56,372 nt of DNA from a virus (taxonomy: Duplodnaviria; Caudoviricetes): the IMG/VR virus record IMGVR_UViG_3300034111_001022, positions 1 through 56,372 of that record. The stretch is one strand, 5' to 3'. Positions within the stretch are counted from its first letter, which is position 1. Each line of letters starts with the position of its first letter. The translations under genes and the position numbers were made by a program. This document shows positions 1 through 9,914 of this stretch, piece by piece. The notes under the pieces are model-generated. The model worked only from the letters and a program-made list of their open reading frames with translations. It had not been told where the DNA came from and did no database searches.

Positions 1-74
1 CGATTTTCCATCGCACGATCTCCACGACCATCACCTACACTTTTCTTTAAACGTTCATCATTTGTATTTGTCAT
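1..74 (-). CDS. 5' part of a head-module protein (MTNTNDERLKKSVGDGRGDRAMEN...) that probably continues at the right end of the window
   Basis: ATG at 74 preceded by GGAG; frame open to the window edge. Confidence 0.65.
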   Translation of the reverse strand, partial: MTNTNDERLKKSVGDGRGDRAMEN

Positions 75-141
75 TACTTGCTCCATTCAGCAATTGATTA
101 GAATTATGTTCTAATTTTTATAAAAAGAAAACTACTATTTT

Positions 142-1068
142 TTAACTCTTGTTAGCACGATCGTATTCTGCGTACTTTTTAACGTAACGCTGACGCAATA
201 CTGGATCATCCCAAACGCCTGCCTCTTGTAAGGCTGCCTTGCGCTCAGGGCTAATGTAAACCTCTTTCCTGGTCGATACTGGCGCGTGTTCACGACCAGA
301 ACCTACAGCAGGGCCGCCTGTTGGCTTGCGTGCAGTCTTGAACTTCTCTGGTAAGCGACGCTTAACGCGGTCATGCAACTCATCCCAGTACTCTTCCGAG
401 CGAGGATCAAAACCTTCTTGCGCTAGCTTGTTATCAATGGCCAACACAATGGCTGAGTCTTCATCTTTACCTGAAGGATCGTACCAGCTGTGCTCTTCCA
501 TGAACTCTTTAGCGTAGTGCACAACCTCTGAATCAACCTGCGGCTGACGTGGGGCTTGCTGAGATTGCTGTTGCTTGTACTGCGTAAGCTGTTGCATCTT
601 AGCCATCGCTTGATCACGGTACTGCATCGCCTGCACGACATCTTCACCGTTACCTGCTTCTACTGCCTTGGCAATGATTTTTTGTGATGTCTCTACCTCA
701 TAAGCAGCTTGCTGGATTTGCTGATCAATCTGACTCAAGTTAGTTTGTTGGGTGTGTGTTTCAACAGCACCGATACGACGCTCTAGCTCATCGTTACGAC
801 TACGCAAAAAGTTAAGCTCAACTTTGTCGCGGCCGATGGCCTTATCGCGGCGCTCTTTACGTTCTTTTTTCTCTAGTCGACGGCGTTCACGAATTGCTTC
901 GCGGTCGTCCTCACTACTAGCATCGCTCTCTTCTTCAGATGATTTTAAATTACTTTCCTCTTCCTCATCGTCTTCGTCAAGCGGGTTGTCAACGGCCACA
1001 TACTCCGCATCCTTTAGCTCGTCCTCATCGTCTTCGATGAGCGCCTCAACTTCTTTTTCTTTTGCCAT
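142..1068 (-). CDS. Putative capsid scaffolding-like protein
   Basis: Acidic N-terminus, long coiled coil, lies between portal/GroES and capsid genes; AAGGAG RBS. Confidence 0.6.
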   Translation of the reverse strand: MAKEKEVEALIEDDEDELKDAEYVAVDNPLDEDDEEEESNLKSSEEESDASSEDDREAIRERRRLEKKERKERRDKAIGRDKVELNFLRSRNDELERRIGAVETHTQQTNLSQIDQQIQQAAYEVETSQKIIAKAVEAGNGEDVVQAMQYRDQAMAKMQQLTQYKQQQSQQAPRQPQVDSEVVHYAKEFMEEHSWYDPSGKDEDSAIVLAIDNKLAQEGFDPRSEEYWDELHDRVKRRLPEKFKTARKPTGGPAVGSGREHAPVSTRKEVYISPERKAALQEAGVWDDPVLRQRYVKKYAEYDRANKS

Positions 1069-1086
1069 ACCTAGCTCCTTTATCAG

Positions 1087-1488
1087 CTATAAGAAAGCAC
1101 GAATCGCTAATGGGTCAGCTGTTACTTTACCGATTAGATCCGTGTCTTTAAAAATTACGAACATTGCGGTCGTGTCGCTATCAACGCGCACTTCCCAACG
1201 ATCACCACCGTACTTGGCCACTCGAACAAAGTCACCCTTTTGACACCAAGCACCTTCAGGCCATAACTCCATAGTGTTACGGTTTTTGAAGGCCAACGGC
1301 CCCACTGTTACTACTCTTCCTACTTGCGTGTTCCACTTTTCTGTCTCTGTGGTTTCAGCCTGTAAAATAATACCGCCTGCTGTTTTTAACTTCGGTGCTC
1401 TAATTTGCACCAAAACATAACTCCCAAAAGGTGTTATTCCTGGGTCTGCATTTGGAAACGCATCATCCAGCGTTTGATCAGACATCAT
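1087..1488 (-). CDS. groES: GroES/Cpn10-like co-chaperonin
   Basis: PFGSYVLV...KTAGGIIL...GRVVTVG...GDFV..AKYGG...DTDLIG match the Cpn10 pattern. Confidence 0.85.
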   Translation of the reverse strand: MMSDQTLDDAFPNADPGITPFGSYVLVQIRAPKLKTAGGIILQAETTETEKWNTQVGRVVTVGPLAFKNRNTMELWPEGAWCQKGDFVRVAKYGGDRWEVRVDSDTTAMFVIFKDTDLIGKVTADPLAIRAFL

Positions 1489-1663
1489 CGTTATCCTCTT
1501 TAATTGTTGACAAAATTACTTCTATAGCACGCTCAATTCCAGCGTACATCCCCACCATGCGTCCATACTCAAACGCATCGTGCGAATTTGGTGTACGAAG
1601 CGCAGATATTGCCAACTCTTGCTGCGCCGTCGTTAATAAATTCAAAATCTTATCGATCGTCAT
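1478..1663 (-). CDS. Hypothetical phage protein
   Basis: Overlaps both neighbours in the head operon. Confidence 0.7.
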   Translation of the reverse strand: MTIDKILNLLTTAQQELAISALRTPNSHDAFEYGRMVGMYAGIERAIEVILSTIKEDNDDV

Positions 1664-1848
1664 TTCTTATTTGTCCGATTCTCATAGTCCTGTCTGCACC
1701 CAACGCTACACCACCGGGCCCCATTTACTGTACTATCTAAGCAATTCAAACACACATTGCTTGTCGGTATCGTCAAATCAACTGAATACCTAGCTCTAAT
1801 TAAGTCTTCGCGCTCTTGGCGCTCTTGACTTACGTCCGCATCATCCAT
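1660..1848 (-). CDS. DksA/TraR-like C4 zinc-finger protein
   Basis: MDDAD acidic N-terminal helix followed by CLNC...WCSVGC. Confidence 0.6.
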   Translation of the reverse strand: MDDADVSQERQEREDLIRARYSVDLTIPTSNVCLNCLDSTVNGARWCSVGCRQDYENRTNKK

Positions 1849-1851
1849 AAG

Positions 1852-1986
1852 TTACTTAGGGATTGATTGTGTTTTAACTGGTGTACCGGGTAATGATTTG
1901 CCGTCTAACTTAGCGCCCATTGCCATACGTTGGTGCTGTGATACGCCTTGTGAATTTTTGCAATTGCATTTATCTGTTGTTGCCAT
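1852..1986 (-). CDS. Small hypothetical protein (44 aa, not in ORF track)
   Basis: AAGGAG RBS, ATG at 1986, MATTDKCNCKNSQG...QSIPK*; fills the gap after portal. Confidence 0.65.
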   Translation of the reverse strand: MATTDKCNCKNSQGVSQHQRMAMGAKLDGKSLPGTPVKTQSIPK

Positions 1987-1997
1987 TTTGTTGCTCC

Positions 1998-4505
1998 TTA
2001 AAAGTTAGGATTTGGGTTAATGCCCGTGCCAGTTGACACGTCTACTTTGTTACCGCTCAATATCTCAGCTGCTGCAAGGTCCTTGGCCGTAGCGTTGTCT
2101 TCTTGGTTCATTTGCAAGCGTGCTGTTAAATCGGCCTGCTTACGTGCGTCCTCACGGTCTTGTTTAAGCAGCTCGGTTTGCATATCAAGCTCGTCCTGGC
2201 GAAGTTGCAAGCTAGCTTTGACCGCGTCACGCTGTGCTTGTGTCTGCGCTTGAACTTGATCACGCTGACCTTGCGCCTGTATCTTCATCTGATCAGACTG
2301 GGCACGTTGTGCAATAGATTGTTTTTGTACTTCTACTGCGGCCATAGTTGGATCTTGTGGTTGCTGTGGCTGCATTTGTTGCGCCATAGCGAACGCCTCT
2401 GAAACAATTTGCAAGAACTCTGGCGGTATCGCGCTTTCAATCGCTTGCTGTATCTCAACCGCTGCTTGTGCCTCAATCATCGCGTCGTCATTCAACTGGC
2501 CACTTTCGCTAGCCACGCTGAGGCCTTGGTTGGTGACCTTCATGTAGTGCATTAACAAGTGGTCTTTAATGTGCGCCACTATTGCCGGTACAAACATCGG
2601 TGCGATGATTGGATTTTGACCAAACATGGGCGACTGTAAGAACGCTAAGTGTACGCGCAAGTGGGCGATGTGCTCTTGCTCAAGCAACGCGCCGATTGGC
2701 TTGCCAACGGAGGCCGCAAAGTTCTCTTGTATGGGGTCGATGTTCTTAGGCTCAGGTTTTGGTATCAATAACTCAGAACCCTCTGGTATTTTTAGTTGTT
2801 TTAAGAATAATTCCTCAACCTTACGCACGTCATACAGCTGTGGCATCGCCATTGCGCGCTGTTGAACCGCCTGAATTTGCGCAAAACGCTGTGTTTCACT
2901 GAAAATATTGGGGTCTGAGACAGGAATAACGTCCATCGGACCGTCAAAATCTGACGGATCGACCATTTTCTCGCCAACTTCGTCAATTACCATCTCGTCT
3001 GTCAAATAAGCAGAGTTTAGGCGGTGCATTACCTTAAGAACTTGCGCCATTGAGTTGTGTAAGCGTGAGTGGATAGATGAAAACACCACCATGCCCTGCT
3101 CAATCAACGCTAAAGTCGTGCCAACTGGCATATTTGGGTTCTGATCTGACAGTTTTTCGAACGATGTCTGAACAACACCCTTACCTGCGTCAACCAAGAA
3201 GCCAAGCAACTGCATAAGTACTGGGCTTGGTGGGTTAAATGGTATCGGCATTGCAATCTTACGCACGTCGTCAACGTTGATGCCGCCCTCAATCTCTACA
3301 ACCTCTGTTGGTTGTGGGTTCAAGTTTTGGCCGTTAGGGCCACCCTTAAGCTTAAGCAACGTTGGGATGTTAGATATGTGTGCAGAGTCAAGCAACGCAC
3401 GCAGTGCGCCAGTGGCAGCGCCTGATAGGCCGCCAATCATATGTGTCAAGCCAATTGGGTACGCGCCGCGCCAGGGTACGAACGGGAACTCAACGATAGA
3501 GACCAGTGGCTCCTTGATTGTTGCGTCGCTCTCTGCCCAGTTACGGTACACGGACAAGCACTTTTCTGTGGCCTTGTCTACTGTGATGACGTACGGTAAG
3601 AACTCGTCGCCCTCAAGGTCAGCCGCCGTAGTGATTTCAAACACCGTGCGTAGGCCATCCTCGTTGTAAGAGTTGTCATTGCGACCTTCAATCTTGTCGT
3701 TGGCCTTGGTGGCCTTAGAGTAATCAATGTCATCCGCCATGCCGAGGTCAACCTCGCGGTACATGCCTGAGCGTACGCGTTTCTCGTACTCATACTTGGT
3801 GATGTACTGGACGTGCGTCTTGCGCTCGGCCGTGTGGAAGTTAGACGCAGCGAACGGTAGGTAGATGTCATCCACTGGAATGAACACTGACTCCGTGCGG
3901 TTAAGGTCCTTGTTCCAGAACAGCTTCATGTACTGCACGCCGCCTAGTGGCAACTGTGTCGTTAGCTGCTCAAGCTCAGAGCGGAACTCAGGCATCTGCT
4001 CGGTGAGCTGCCAGTTCATGTACTTGGCCTTGCGCTCAGCCTTCTCAAGCTTGGACTTGTTCTGTGTGCCTATGATTTTGCTGCGTACTGGGCCGTTCGG
4101 TGGGAACAGCTCCTTCATGGCGCGCGCTGAGAAGTCAACGCAGGCCTCTGTCATTAGTGGGTGCACGACCTTGTTGGCGCCTGTGAATGATGCGCCGCCT
4201 GGGGCGTCATCACCAAGGCCAGTACGACGAATGCCCTCTTCGTATTGCTCGTCGCGTTTTTTACGTGCGTCTTTGTCGCGCTCAATCTTTGTTATCAAGT
4301 CATCGACAATAGCAGCAAGGACACTAGGGTCGATGTCGTCAACGATGTTGGCAAAGTGCTCACTTTGGGTTTGATGGTCCTCTTCGTTCTCAAGCGTAAC
4401 CATCACGCCGCCGTCGTCAGTGTCACGGATGTCCGTGACCTCTTCGTCTAGCTCAACCGTCTCGCCCTTGAGTTCTTCCTCATCGTCCATCATGTCTTTA
4501 GCCAT
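1998..4505 (-). CDS. Portal protein (P22-like, Gln-rich C-terminal coiled-coil barrel)
   Basis: 835 aa, downstream of terL; VVHPLMTEACVDFSARAMKELFP, YMNWQL and LRALLDSA motifs. Confidence 0.85.
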   Translation of the reverse strand: MAKDMMDDEEELKGETVELDEEVTDIRDTDDGGVMVTLENEEDHQTQSEHFANIVDDIDPSVLAAIVDDLITKIERDKDARKKRDEQYEEGIRRTGLGDDAPGGASFTGANKVVHPLMTEACVDFSARAMKELFPPNGPVRSKIIGTQNKSKLEKAERKAKYMNWQLTEQMPEFRSELEQLTTQLPLGGVQYMKLFWNKDLNRTESVFIPVDDIYLPFAASNFHTAERKTHVQYITKYEYEKRVRSGMYREVDLGMADDIDYSKATKANDKIEGRNDNSYNEDGLRTVFEITTAADLEGDEFLPYVITVDKATEKCLSVYRNWAESDATIKEPLVSIVEFPFVPWRGAYPIGLTHMIGGLSGAATGALRALLDSAHISNIPTLLKLKGGPNGQNLNPQPTEVVEIEGGINVDDVRKIAMPIPFNPPSPVLMQLLGFLVDAGKGVVQTSFEKLSDQNPNMPVGTTLALIEQGMVVFSSIHSRLHNSMAQVLKVMHRLNSAYLTDEMVIDEVGEKMVDPSDFDGPMDVIPVSDPNIFSETQRFAQIQAVQQRAMAMPQLYDVRKVEELFLKQLKIPEGSELLIPKPEPKNIDPIQENFAASVGKPIGALLEQEHIAHLRVHLAFLQSPMFGQNPIIAPMFVPAIVAHIKDHLLMHYMKVTNQGLSVASESGQLNDDAMIEAQAAVEIQQAIESAIPPEFLQIVSEAFAMAQQMQPQQPQDPTMAAVEVQKQSIAQRAQSDQMKIQAQGQRDQVQAQTQAQRDAVKASLQLRQDELDMQTELLKQDREDARKQADLTARLQMNQEDNATAKDLAAAEILSGNKVDVSTGTGINPNPNF

Positions 4506-4514
4506 TTATAATCC

Positions 4515-7500
4515 TTAACAATTCCAACGTTTTAATGAGGCCGCCTTACGAGTTGGGTTACCTTGCTCGTCCTTCATCGGCCCCGGCATGCCAGACATTC
4601 TAGCGCAGAATGACTTGCGTCTACCGGCGTCCGCGTCTGTCTTTGGGTGCGGGGCCGGTGCCTTTAGGTTCGAGCCAGTGGCGTTGTTATACTTCGCGCG
4701 GCCCTTTGCAGTCAGCCCGGCGCCTTGTGACACCGGCAACTTCTCGCCTCTGCCTACTGATAAAACAGGGCCGCCTTTAGCGAAGCCTGGTGCGTTATCT
4801 TTAAACTCGTACATCGCATCATAGTCTACCTCGCCACCTTCTGCAAATGCGGGCTCATCTTTTTTATTCCAAAACGGTGACTGCCCACTTGCCTCACGCT
4901 TGTTAGCGCTGCGAATGGCCGTGGCCACTGCGTCTTCAGGAACGATACCGGTCTCACGGATGTAGTTCAAGTCAGCCGGGTGCATCCCCTCAATAATGCT
5001 CGGCATCTCGCGGCCGTCGACATTAATGGAGTACTCGGTCATCACGTCACGGCCGTTAGGCATACGGATCTCGCCCAAGGCACCAGTGTCCTTAGCCTCG
5101 CCAGTCTCACGGTCGCCGTAGTCTTTAAACTCGTACATGGAATCGTAGTCGATATCATCGGTCTCAACCGCGCCACCCTCTGCGTAGTTCGGCTCTTCGT
5201 ACTGCGGCAGCATCTTCGATACGCCACGGCCGTACTCGGCTGATCGTCTTTGTATCTCGGCCTCGGTTGCGCGTCTGCCGCGCTCCTTGATACCAGCCTC
5301 AACGCCGGCCATGTTCTCGTAGTAGTCACCGACGGCGTCGCTCTTAGGACCGGTGAACGGTGAGAAGAAGTAGTCTGTGTACTGGTAGGCCTTGCCCATG
5401 TCTCTAGCCACGTCAGCTGGGATGTCTTGTCTGACGCCGAAGTCGTAGCCACCGCCGTAGTTCAACGCCGCATCAAGCGGTGAGCGGTTCACTCGTGAGT
5501 TGCCGACCGTGTCTAGGTAGTTCTTCTTGAGCTCGCTCGATAGCGCGTCTGGGTACTTGCCGTGCTCGACCGCTTGCTTGTTGTACTGAATGCGATACTT
5601 GGCAGCCTTAGCTAGCAGCTTGGCCTTGTCCATCATTGATAGGCTGGCGAACGGGTCGCTAACCTTGCCGCCCTCTGCGAAGTTCTTGGTGTAGTTGATA
5701 CCCTTGTAGTAAGGCGACACGTTAACGCCAACGCTTGACTGATCGCGTGGGTCGGAACGGTAAACAGATAAGTTCTTGTATTGAGGCGACACGTTAAACC
5801 CTACCGTTGCCTGAGTGCGTGGGTCGGTGCGGTAAGCAGACCAGCCCTTCGCTAGTGGCTGGCGACCAACGCCATACTGCACACCGTCGTCTGTCATGTA
5901 ACGAGCGCGTAGCTCGCTGATGTCGTCACGCTTAATTTTTTGGCCTGGCTGCGTTACGGTGTAGCCGTCGTCGAACGTGTAGGTTCGAGCAGGCAACTTA
6001 AACACTTGGCCCTCTTTGGTAACACCGAAGCCGTACTTGTTTAGGATGTCAACGTCGGTGCTAAAGTTGTAGTGGCTGCCTGACGAGCTCGCACTGTCAA
6101 AGTTGCCGTAGTCACCTGACGCTCTAACGTTCAAGCCACCTTCGTCCATGTGAACTGGTCCGCCGCCAGCGAACTTCTGCTCGCTCTTGACGGCGTACGC
6201 TGGGTTCTTGGCGATAACCAACGGGCCAATCTGTAGTATCTCTTCGGCGCCGGATACAGGCTCCATCGTGTTACGGTCGTAGAAGTAGCCGTGACGCTCA
6301 GGGTCGTATCCAACCTGGACCCACTCACCACTGGCCAAGTTCTCTTGGGCCTTCTTGACCGCGTCCTCTTGGCTTATTGGGTTCCACTCGCCACGGATAA
6401 CAGCGAACGGCGCCTTGGGTCCGCCCTTGGCTACCTTTAACGCCTTGTCCGGTGCGCCTATCATGGTCGCGTTCTTAACTGACGACACTGAGTCGTATAC
6501 CGTCGGCGCGTTCTTGCGGTGAATAGAGTTAACCCACACGCCGTGATCCTTGTAGGCTGGGATGTCTAGGCGTAGGTCTGTCTGCTCACCAGCTGGGATC
6601 TCTGATGCCTTGCCGTACATTGGTTGCTTGTTCTTGGTGAGCGCGCGCATCGCGTCTTCGTATGTTGCTGGTGCTGGCACAAACGAGTACGGCTCAACTG
6701 GCTTGAGTGAGTTGACTAACCTGTCGTACTCGCTCGCGGTGATCTCGCCTCTGTCTAACTGATTGGCCGCCTTTGTCAGCTCAGGGACGCGCTTGGTGAC
6801 GTCCTTGAAGTTCATGTCTATGCGACTGACAGCCGGCGCAGCCTTGGGTGTTATGTACTGCTCGGCCATCTCACGTAAGCCCTTGGCTGCAGCCTTGACC
6901 ACACCGCCACCAGCGAACGCAGGTAGGCCTTGGTTGATCACATAGTCGCGTATCTCTGGCGTAATCTCGAAGCCCATCTGCTCAGACACGTTATTGCCAA
7001 GCTGCACGCCGATAGGTTTAACGCGCTCCGTTACACCCATTGATTTCAGTATATCGTTGGCAGTGCTGGGTATAATCTGATCGTAGTATGTCTTCATGCC
7101 CTCGCCGCCGACTCTAAGTGCATCAGCGTTATAAACTTCGCCACCAAGCCCTTGGGCTTCAATTTGTTTAGCCAAGTCGCTGCCGATGTAATCAGACACC
7201 GAACTCATAGGGATGTTCTTACCGATGCTATGCTCACCGCCACCTGGCAACGTTGCGAGCATTGATACTGTGTTGTCTGGATTCTTTGTAACCATTAGCT
7301 CATCAATCTGCTTAGCTAAGTTGTAACGATCAGCCTGCTGCGCGCCAGTAGTCCAGGCCAAATGGCTTTGCCCCTCGTCAACCGCGCGCTCGATGGCCTT
7401 CTTCAAGCCCAACGCTGTCCAGTCGCCTGTGTCTTCGACGTATGGGCCACGAGGTATGCCTCTTAGCTGAGGTATTTCACGTAGCGCTGCCCGCAATTCG

Positions 7501-8312
7501 CGAACCTTTTGAACCATAGGTGTAGAATCCTCACCGCGATTACGCATAGCCATGACTTCTAAATCTGCATTTTCTAACTCATTTTCCAATTGAATGCGAC
7601 GTTCTGCATTCAAGTCTGGTTCTAAGAACCCTTTCTTCCTACCCTGCTGCGCCCAGTCTGACTGCAGCTCCTCTAGGAACAGCACGTCCTTGTTGTCAGG
7701 TGTAAGCTTAATGTTGGTGCGCAGGTGAGCCAAGATGTTGGGCTCGTCGAAGTGACCAGAACTAAAGTTAGATGGGTCACGGAGTACATCGCTAAGGTTG
7801 GGCTGATCATACTCGCGTACCACCCAATCAGGATTGTTGTTGAGCTTCTCAAGCGTGCGCGCCGGTATGGGCATTGTGCCACTAGCAAGGACGGTTCCGT
7901 TAGCGTCTTTGATTTCAAAGGCCTTATCCATTCTTATTCTAGGTGAGCTTGTGTTTGGAGGCAGATGGATGAGCGTCTCGGTGTAGTCCTCGCCGCCTGG
8001 TAACACGTACTTGCCGTACTGGGTCTCATCGATACCATAACCATCAGCGCGGAGGTTCTTGGTATTAATCTTGGGTGAGTTCTCTTGAATGTGTTTGACG
8101 ATGTCCGCCTTGGACACCTTAGACTGCCGCGCTAGTAGCTCGTCTAGCTTGATCGCTAGTGCTTCTTTCTTCGCGGCCTTGGGTGCGTTAGCCTTGATGT
8201 ACGCTGCCCACTGTGAGCTGGGCATGGTCTCCATCTTATGCGCGATGATCGTTCTCTCTAGTGGAGAGAACATGTTCTTGATCTTGTTGAGTGCGCTAAC
8301 TGGGTTTGGCAT
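4515..8312 (-). CDS. Large modular (polyvalent-type) protein; segments delimited by seven AxGG-type motifs
   Basis: 1265 aa; N-terminal region has LFLEELQSDW, recalled from phage large polyvalent proteins; last segment resembles a small basic phage protein (RRKSFCARM...RWNC). Confidence 0.7.
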   Translation of the reverse strand: MPNPVSALNKIKNMFSPLERTIIAHKMETMPSSQWAAYIKANAPKAAKKEALAIKLDELLARQSKVSKADIVKHIQENSPKINTKNLRADGYGIDETQYGKYVLPGGEDYTETLIHLPPNTSSPRIRMDKAFEIKDANGTVLASGTMPIPARTLEKLNNNPDWVVREYDQPNLSDVLRDPSNFSSGHFDEPNILAHLRTNIKLTPDNKDVLFLEELQSDWAQQGRKKGFLEPDLNAERRIQLENELENADLEVMAMRNRGEDSTPMVQKVRELRAALREIPQLRGIPRGPYVEDTGDWTALGLKKAIERAVDEGQSHLAWTTGAQQADRYNLAKQIDELMVTKNPDNTVSMLATLPGGGEHSIGKNIPMSSVSDYIGSDLAKQIEAQGLGGEVYNADALRVGGEGMKTYYDQIIPSTANDILKSMGVTERVKPIGVQLGNNVSEQMGFEITPEIRDYVINQGLPAFAGGGVVKAAAKGLREMAEQYITPKAAPAVSRIDMNFKDVTKRVPELTKAANQLDRGEITASEYDRLVNSLKPVEPYSFVPAPATYEDAMRALTKNKQPMYGKASEIPAGEQTDLRLDIPAYKDHGVWVNSIHRKNAPTVYDSVSSVKNATMIGAPDKALKVAKGGPKAPFAVIRGEWNPISQEDAVKKAQENLASGEWVQVGYDPERHGYFYDRNTMEPVSGAEEILQIGPLVIAKNPAYAVKSEQKFAGGGPVHMDEGGLNVRASGDYGNFDSASSSGSHYNFSTDVDILNKYGFGVTKEGQVFKLPARTYTFDDGYTVTQPGQKIKRDDISELRARYMTDDGVQYGVGRQPLAKGWSAYRTDPRTQATVGFNVSPQYKNLSVYRSDPRDQSSVGVNVSPYYKGINYTKNFAEGGKVSDPFASLSMMDKAKLLAKAAKYRIQYNKQAVEHGKYPDALSSELKKNYLDTVGNSRVNRSPLDAALNYGGGYDFGVRQDIPADVARDMGKAYQYTDYFFSPFTGPKSDAVGDYYENMAGVEAGIKERGRRATEAEIQRRSAEYGRGVSKMLPQYEEPNYAEGGAVETDDIDYDSMYEFKDYGDRETGEAKDTGALGEIRMPNGRDVMTEYSINVDGREMPSIIEGMHPADLNYIRETGIVPEDAVATAIRSANKREASGQSPFWNKKDEPAFAEGGEVDYDAMYEFKDNAPGFAKGGPVLSVGRGEKLPVSQGAGLTAKGRAKYNNATGSNLKAPAPHPKTDADAGRRKSFCARMSGMPGPMKDEQGNPTRKAASLKRWNC

Positions 8313-8343
8313 AGCATTCCCTAAAGAGGATTGGCTTTTCGCG

Positions 8344-8372
8344 ATTTTAACCCAGTATTAATTAAAATACAA
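8344..8372 (-). promoter_or_regulatory. Sigma70-like promoter for the 1265-aa gene
   Basis: TTGTAT-N17-TAAAAT in the AT-rich gap after terL. Confidence 0.5.
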
Positions 8373-9914
8373 CTACACAGCGTACGGATTACTTCTTTCT
8401 TTTGGTGGCGCTTGTCCGTACTCAACCTGGTTGCCGTCGATGCTCAGCATGCGCGTGTCACGCAAGTAAATCAACGCCTGCGTCATGCTGTCGACCATGT
8501 CGTCGTGCTCGCCGTTAGGGAAGATCATCAGCTCGTGCATCATCGCGTCTGTCCACGCCGGTGCGCGGCCTGGGTTCTTCTTCGACTCAGGCAAGTACAC
8601 CAGGCCAGACTCAAGCAAGGGCGCAACCGCGTGAACGCGTGTCACCTTGTCTGCGCGACCAGGGTTGTACGGATGGCAAGGCACACCGCTGCGACGCAAG
8701 TCTTGCATAAGACTTATGCCCGATCCCTTCTCCTCGATCAGCACCACGTCGACCGTCTTGTCCTTGTCGCCGTACTTGGACCGGTACTCGTCGCCCATCT
8801 TCTTACGCAGGTCAGGGTAACCGAGGTGCTCCTTCCAACAGTCAAGCAGCACGACCGCCTTGCCGCCCTCGGTGTTGATCACGCCCCAGGTGCTGCAGGC
8901 CGTTGGGTCGTTCTGTGTCTTCTCGGTGAAGGCCGTGTCGTAAGACTGCACAACGTACATGAGCTTAGGTAACGGCTTATCTGCTGGCAGCAGCTTGAAC
9001 CAGTCACGCTTGATGATACCACCAGCGGCCGGTGACGGACGTTGCTGCAACTGGCCAGACGTGCCGTACTCGCCAAGCTGTACCTTCAGCTCGTCAATCT
9101 CTTTCATGCCGAAGCGACCCTTCCACAGCAGCTCACCGTCCTCGGTGCGTGGGTCGTAGTTGCCTAGCGTGGTCTTGCTGCGTCGACCCTTCTCGAACTG
9201 AGCTGGCAAGCAGAGGTGATCCCAGCCGCCCTGTCTGAGTATGTGGCCAGAGAGGTCGTTCTCGTGCAGCCGTTGCATCACGATCACCTTGCAGCCGGTC
9301 TTTGGATTGTTGAGACGCGTGCTCATCGCCTGGTCCCACCACTCAAGCGTGGACTCGCGCATCGTGTCTGACTGCGCCTCCATCGAGTTGTGCGGGTCAT
9401 CGACAACCAGCACGTCACCGCCGTGGCCAGTGGTCGACGCGCCAACAGAGGTCGCGAACCGGTAGCCGGACTTGTCGTTCTCGAAGAAGGTCTTAGCGTT
9501 CTGGTCACCAGTCAGCGCGAACCTGTGGCCCCAGCGCTCTTGGAACCAGGGCGACTCGATCAGTCGGCGGCACTTGAGTGAGTCACGCACCGACAGACTG
9601 ATCGCGTACGAGGCGAACAGCCAACGGAACTGCGGCTGCGTCATCCACACCCACACCGGCCACATCACAGCGACCTGTATCGACTTCATGTGCCGAGGTG
9701 GCACGTTGATGAGCAGGTTGCGTATCTCGCCGCGCGTGACGGCCTCCAGGTGCTCGGAGATGGTATCGAGGTGCCAGTTGCCGATGTAAGGCGTGCCAGG
9801 CTCGATGACGTGCCAGGCCATCTTAGTGAACTCGCTCAATGACCGCTCAGCGCGGCGCCTGTCGTGCTCAAGCTGGATGTCCCGCAGCGGGATCACGTTG
9901 GACATGTCAATCAT
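8373..9914 (-). CDS. terL: Terminase large subunit
   Basis: INVPPRHMKS Walker A, VLVVDDP Walker B, QSYDTA and HDDMVDS nuclease motifs. Confidence 0.95.
   Translation of the reverse strand: MIDMSNVIPLRDIQLEHDRRRAERSLSEFTKMAWHVIEPGTPYIGNWHLDTISEHLEAVTRGEIRNLLINVPPRHMKSIQVAVMWPVWVWMTQPQFRWLFASYAISLSVRDSLKCRRLIESPWFQERWGHRFALTGDQNAKTFFENDKSGYRFATSVGASTTGHGGDVLVVDDPHNSMEAQSDTMRESTLEWWDQAMSTRLNNPKTGCKVIVMQRLHENDLSGHILRQGGWDHLCLPAQFEKGRRSKTTLGNYDPRTEDGELLWKGRFGMKEIDELKVQLGEYGTSGQLQQRPSPAAGGIIKRDWFKLLPADKPLPKLMYVVQSYDTAFTEKTQNDPTACSTWGVINTEGGKAVVLLDCWKEHLGYPDLRKKMGDEYRSKYGDKDKTVDVVLIEEKGSGISLMQDLRRSGVPCHPYNPGRADKVTRVHAVAPLLESGLVYLPESKKNPGRAPAWTDAMMHELMIFPNGEHDDMVDSMTQALIYLRDTRMLSIDGNQVEYGQAPPKERSNPYAV

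Noticed and set aside
6415-6435. VAKGGPK as another junction motif
   Set aside because: Lacks the aromatic first residue and the downstream Val, and appears to lie inside a domain; not counted
326-9789. Numerous plus-strand ORFs antisense to scaffold, portal, the 1265-aa gene and terL
   Set aside because: Shadow ORFs without RBS or recognisable motifs
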